NCBI GenBank assembly: GCA_035506495.1
Contig: DATJPI010000294.1
Coordinates: forward strand, 1 to 55,526
Direction: 5' to 3'
DNA: 55,526 bases
From: Syntrophales bacterium
GTDB lineage: Bacteria > Desulfobacterota > Syntrophia > Syntrophales > UBA2192
In this document: one piece after another, positions 50,135-55,526 of the stretch
Position numbering within the stretch: the first letter of the stretch is position 1
Layout of the letters: the number at the start of each line of letters is the position of its first letter
The notes under the pieces: model-generated
What the model was told of the DNA's origin: nothing
Seen by the model: only the letters and a program-made list of their open reading frames with translations
Database searches by the model: none
Made by a program: the position numbers and the translations under genes

Positions 50135-51394
50135 TCACAATTCATCAGGAGAACCTATTCTTCCCAGAATCGCCGATGCCGCTGCGATGAACGGATTGGA
50201 CAGGTAGACCTCGCTTTTCGGGTGGCCCATGCGGCCGATGAAATTTCGGTTCGTCGTCGCCAGCGCCCGCTCTCCCGACGCGAGGATCCCCATGTGGCCC
50301 CCGAGACAGGGCCCGCAGCAGGGCGGACCGATGACGGCCCCCGCTTCGAGCAACGTCTCGATGATCCCCTCCTTCATGGCCTCCCGGAGGATTGTCGGAG
50401 AAGCCGGGATGACGATCAGACGAAGCCCCGGGGCCTTTTTTCTGCCTTTCAGGATGCTCGCAGCATCCCGCAGATCCTCGAGCCAGCCGTTGGTGCAGGA
50501 CCCGATGAAGACTTGATCCAGACGAATGTTCTTGGCCTCCGTTACGGGGTGCACATTGGCCGGCGAGGGAGGAAAGGCGATCTGGGGCTCGAGAGAGCTT
50601 ACGTCGAGGCGGATCTTTCTTTCGTATGCCGCATCGGCATCGCTTTTTACGATCACGGGCTCCGTCCGGGCGCGGCCTTTCTCATAGGCCAGCGTGACAT
50701 CGTCGGGTTCGATGATCCCGTTTTTCGCCCCGGCCTCGACGGCCATGTTGGCCATCGCAAACCGATGCGGCATGGAGAGTCCGCGTATGGCATCCCCGCA
50801 GAATTCCAAGGAACTGTAGAGTGCGCCCTCCACCCCGATGAGACCGATGAGATGCAGGATGAGGTCTTTCCCCCCGACGAGGGGACGAAGTGTCCCCGTG
50901 TATTCCACCCGGATACTGTGGGGCACGCGCAGCCAGATTTCGCCTGTGGCCATCACGGCTGCAAAATCGGTACTGCCCACGCCGGTGGAAAAGGCGCCCA
51001 GGGCCCCATAGGCGCAGGTATGGCTGTCGGCACCGATGATCACCTGGCCCGGAACGACCAGCCCCTGCTCCGGCAGAAGCACGTGCCCGATTCCGGCCTC
51101 GCCGACTTCATAGTAGAGTTCAAGTTCCTGCTCGCGGGCGAAGTCCCGCATGATTTTCGCCTGCTCGGCCGAGGCGATGTCCTTGTTGGGCACGAAATGA
51201 TCGGCCACAAGGACCACCTTTTTCCGGTCGAAGACGCGTGGCGCCCCGATCTCTTTGAACACCTGGATCGCGATGGGGGCCGTAAAATCGTGGGCAAAGG
51301 CGATGTCCACCTTCGCCTCGATGAGATCCCCCGGGGTGACACTCTCGAGCCCCGCATGCTTCGCCAGAATCTTTTCCGTGATCGTCATCGGCAT
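50135..51394 (-). CDS. leuC: 3-isopropylmalate/(R)-citramalate dehydratase large subunit
   Basis: 419-aa ORF with aconitase-family Cys ligands (IGSCTNG, CCGPCLG). Confidence 0.9.
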   Translation of the reverse strand: MPMTITEKILAKHAGLESVTPGDLIEAKVDIAFAHDFTAPIAIQVFKEIGAPRVFDRKKVVLVADHFVPNKDIASAEQAKIMRDFAREQELELYYEVGEAGIGHVLLPEQGLVVPGQVIIGADSHTCAYGALGAFSTGVGSTDFAAVMATGEIWLRVPHSIRVEYTGTLRPLVGGKDLILHLIGLIGVEGALYSSLEFCGDAIRGLSMPHRFAMANMAVEAGAKNGIIEPDDVTLAYEKGRARTEPVIVKSDADAAYERKIRLDVSSLEPQIAFPPSPANVHPVTEAKNIRLDQVFIGSCTNGWLEDLRDAASILKGRKKAPGLRLIVIPASPTILREAMKEGIIETLLEAGAVIGPPCCGPCLGGHMGILASGERALATTNRNFIGRMGHPKSEVYLSNPFIAAASAILGRIGSPDEL

Positions 51395-51566
51395 AGTGTT
51401 TCATCTCCAGTCAGGATGAGCAAGATGATACTCTGAACCGAAAGGCTGGTCAAACAGGTTCAGATGCAAGGCAGCCGACGTCCCGAGGAGCGAGGCGTAC
51501 TTTTGCGTACGTTGAGCGACGAGGGCCGAGGCGAACGCTGCAGATGGCCTGTTTCACCAGCCTCAT

Positions 51567-53177
<1,611 letters not shown>

Positions 53178-53193
53178 CTTCTTTTTCCCCCTC

Positions 53194-53236
53194 AAATAAA
53201 AAATCCGTTACCAGGGAGCCTGATAACGGATTTTTT
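53194..53236 (-). terminator. Strong intrinsic terminator / attenuator immediately upstream of the cimA RBS
   Basis: The minus-strand RNA is AAAAAAUCCGUUAUCAGG-CUC-CCUGGUAACGGAUUUUUU followed by AUUU. The stem is 18 bp with one U-G pair. That position is a C-A mismatch on the plus strand, so the hairpin is better on the minus strand. Confidence 0.8.
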
Positions 53237-53268
53237 GGATTCCTTCCGGTTGTTACATCAAGCCATCA

Positions 53269-53346
53269 TCAGCCCCCTACGCCGCCCGGACGTATGCCGA
53301 TTATGTTGATAATAATGGGGATGATCGTGCCGATGATGTTCTTCAT
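53269..53346 (-). CDS. Isoleucine-rich leader peptide (25 aa)
   Basis: The peptide is MKNIIGTIIPIIINIIGIRPGGVGG, followed by TGA TGA. It has 10 Ile in 25 codons, using ATC, ATT and ATA. It lies between a promoter-like element and the terminator upstream of cimA. No strong Shine-Dalgarno sequence is present. Confidence 0.55.
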   Translation of the reverse strand: MKNIIGTIIPIIINIIGIRPGGVGG

Positions 53347-53376
53347 GAAAAAGCCCAATCGTTTTAAGTAGGACGA

Positions 53377-53405
53377 AGCATAAAGTGTGCCGCCCTGTTT
53401 GTCAA
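53377..53405 (-). promoter_or_regulatory. Sigma-70-like promoter for the cimA leader
   Basis: The minus strand reads TTGACA, a 17-nt spacer, then TATGCT. It lies about 30 nt upstream of the leader-peptide ATG and just after the stop of the upstream gene. Confidence 0.45.
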
Positions 53406-53412
53406 TGAAAAT

Positions 53413-54018
53413 TTACTCGGTCGTTCTGTTGTCACGAGTCTCGTCTCCACCCGCAGAGGGGTAGCAGGTCTCTAAGGGCAGTCCTGTATTGCGGATGTAA
53501 TCGGAGGCATATCCGATGTAGCCGCCGCTGCAGCTGCCCGCATCGATGGCGCCCGAGGAGCCGCAGGACACGAGGACCTGCTCCGAGAGGTTGAGATTGA
53601 CACCCGGGGTATTACTGCTTCTCAGTGCGGAAGATTCGAGAGCCGCCGTTGTGGCAAAGGCCCAGCAGCTCCCACAGCCCCCTTGGTTCCTTACGGGTGT
53701 AACGAAACTCTGCTCTCCGACATTGTGCCAATCGAAGCCGGAAGGAACTGTAGCAGCATATGGCCCGGCGGTGACAACCTCTGAGCCTGCATTCAATCCA
53801 GTGAGGCCTGTGGGTTCGATGAGACCGAGGCGTGCCTGTCTTTGCTCCGGACTCAGCCGGGTCATGGAAGTCTCACCGGCTTGCCACCGGGCCTGTTTTG
53901 CAGCTATCGCGGCTCTGACCTGTGAAATTTCATCGGCAAGGGATAGTGATGCGGACGATGTGGCAAAAACAAGGGAGGCCGCCAGGAGGAATGTAGCAGC
54001 GATCGGGAGTTTCCTCAT
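53413..54018 (-). pseudogene. Truncated papain-like (C1) cysteine peptidase, N-terminal half only
   Basis: 201-aa ORF with a signal peptide, a pro-region-like segment and the active-site Cys motif NQGGCGSCWAFATTAALES. It ends about 80 aa after that Cys, before the region where the catalytic His and Asn would lie. Confidence 0.55.
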
Positions 54019-54270
54019 TGAGACATGTCCTGTGAGCTAGTCTCTGCGAAGATCTGTCCATGGCGCGTCCTTTCACTGCCCATTCCGAGGTGCTAGGTCC
54101 CGGATCCCCATCAGCGAGGGCTGCATCATCGCTTCAGCTATGTTTCCATTCCGACTGCAATAGGATTGTCGGAATTCCATACCTTTCCGATGTCAACCTT
54201 TTACGACGATTCCAACCGATGGCCGTCAAAACACTGCAGTCATCGTATGTGTATGCTCCTTCCGGAGGCA

Positions 54271-55008
54271 TCACCTACCCACGATTTTCCAGTTGGTGTC
54301 ACTCACGACGCCCGGGATGAACAGGGTGGATGATGTCATCGTGGTCCCATTCATGAACCATACGGCAATCGTACCGGCTGTCTGGTGCTGCCAGACAAGG
54401 TCAGGATGGCCGTCACCATTGAAATCGGTAAATCCCACGACTTTCCAGTTGGTGTCACCCACGGAAGACGGAGTGAGAAGGGTCGATGACGTCATAGCGG
54501 TCTCATTCATGAACCACACATTCATCTGTCCCGTTGTCTGGTGTTGCCAGAGGATATCTGGTTTGCCATCTGAGTTGAAGTCGGCAATGCAGACGATCTG
54601 CCAGTCGAGGTCAGTGACCGAACTTGGGGTGAGCATGGAGCTAGACGCCATCGTGGTCCCCCCGTTCATGAACCACACTCCAATCGATCCTGCTGTCTGG
54701 TGCCGCCAGAGCAAATCTGGTTTGCCGTCGCCGTTGAAATCGTGACTGTTGAATATGGCAGGTGAGGTTTGTCCGCTTTCATTTACCGTGAAGGTTTGTC
54801 CCGCTACCGTCAGCGTCGTGCTCCGGGTGCTGCTCCCCGAGTTGGATGATGCGCTATAGGTCATAGCCCCTGGACCTGTGCCGCTGCTGCCGGACGTGAC
54901 GGTGATCCAGCCCGCGCTGTTCGACACGGACCAGGGGCAGCCCGGTGTCGCGAATATAGCTGGCGGCAGTTGAGATATAACCGCCACCACAGTCTCCGGA
55001 GCCGCCAC
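54271..55008 (-). CDS. BACON-like domain + three FG-GAP/VCBS-like repeats
   Basis: GCPWSVSNSAGWITVTSGSSGTGPGAMTYSASSN...LTVAGQTFTVNESG is BACON-like. It is followed by three DFNGDG(K/H)PD(L/I)(L/V)WxHQTxG...VWFMNG repeats. The 5' 155 nt overlap the upstream peptidase ORF in another frame. Confidence 0.65.
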   Translation of the reverse strand: MAAPETVVAVISQLPPAIFATPGCPWSVSNSAGWITVTSGSSGTGPGAMTYSASSNSGSSTRSTTLTVAGQTFTVNESGQTSPAIFNSHDFNGDGKPDLLWRHQTAGSIGVWFMNGGTTMASSSMLTPSSVTDLDWQIVCIADFNSDGKPDILWQHQTTGQMNVWFMNETAMTSSTLLTPSSVGDTNWKVVGFTDFNGDGHPDLVWQHQTAGTIAVWFMNGTTMTSSTLFIPGVVSDTNWKIVGR

Positions 55009-55444
55009 AGGACACGAGGACCTGTTCAGAGAGGTTGAGATCGATTCCGGGAGTATTGTTGACTCGAAGCGTTACCGATTCCAGGGCCGCCGTCGTGGCA
55101 AAAGCCCAACAGCTTCCGCACCCGCCCTGGTTTCGGATGGGTGTGACAAAACTGCCGCCATTGTTCCGCCAGTCGAGGGTCGCCGGAGCTCCGACGATGG
55201 GGGGATCCGCCGTGAGCATTCCCTCCTCGGCCACCGTTGCCATGGTGGGCAGCACGAGGCCCAGACGAGCGACCCTTTCGTCAGCACTCAGAAAGGTCAT
55301 GGAGGTTTCGCCGGCATGCCACCGCGCCTGCCGGGCAACGATCGCGGCCTTCACATGCGTGACCTCATCCGCAAAGGACGTTGAGGCTGCAAACAAGAAA
55401 GTAGCGGCGAGAAGGAGGGAAATGGCGATCCGGTTCTTTCTCAT
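54854..55444 (-). pseudogene. Truncated papain-like (C1) cysteine peptidase paralog, out of frame with the downstream BACON/FG-GAP ORF
   Basis: 196-aa ORF with a signal peptide and NQGGCGSCWAFATTAALES. After YIRDTGLPL the frame runs into an Arg/His-rich tail. The other frame reads ATPGCPWSVSNS, which is the start of the BACON-like domain. Confidence 0.55.
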
Positions 55445-55526
55445 GGGACAGCTCTCATCAATACAGCATATTTCGGTAATCCGTCAGCGATCCATTATCG
55501 GGCTTCAGCGAGGGAAATCGAACAGG

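Overview
GC-rich bacterial chromosomal window with about 50 protein genes. Gene content suggests an anaerobic, deltaproteobacterium-like or syntroph-like organism, but that is inference only. I found no rRNA, tRNA, CRISPR array, transposase or integrase.

The main feature is a roughly 15-kb co-directional minus-strand cluster (3734-18968) that I read as a RiPP-like biosynthetic system.
- It has four paralogous Cys-rich precursor ORFs of about 130-142 aa. Each carries 19-21 Cys with CC doublets and a shared N-terminal leader.
- It also encodes a PqqD-like protein and three radical SAM/SPASM enzymes.
- Further genes are an HprK-like P-loop protein, an S24/S26-type peptidase, an NTP_transf_5-like nucleotidyltransferase, a GT2 glycosyltransferase, two large polytopic membrane proteins and an ABC exporter.
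- From memory it resembles the TIGRFAMs 'SynChlorMet cassette', whose precursor was reported as unidentified. I could not run HMMs to confirm this.

Other notable points:
- A HesB/IscA-like gene has an in-frame TGA at the conserved Cys position, so it is a probable selenoprotein.
- A 25-codon leader ORF with 10 Ile, a promoter-like element and a strong intrinsic terminator lie directly upstream of cimA-leuC-leuD.
- An Mla-like operon has an ATPase-position protein with degenerate Walker A/B and signature motifs.
- cydB occurs without an adjacent cydA.
- Two truncated papain-like peptidase paralogs are present, one out of frame with a BACON/FG-GAP ORF.
- Short tandem heptanucleotide arrays occupy many intergenic spacers, some as inverted arrays and some G-quadruplex-capable.

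The remainder is housekeeping or accessory: Fe-ADH, mobA, MFS transporter, fixCX-acd-etfBA, GGDEF, gamma-carbonic anhydrase, coaE, an ABC-2/GldG-like system, PilZ, hybrid histidine kinase, B12-radical SAM, ABC-F, a cNMP-binding protein, csp, MBL exonuclease, NadB-like flavoprotein and a PfkB kinase.
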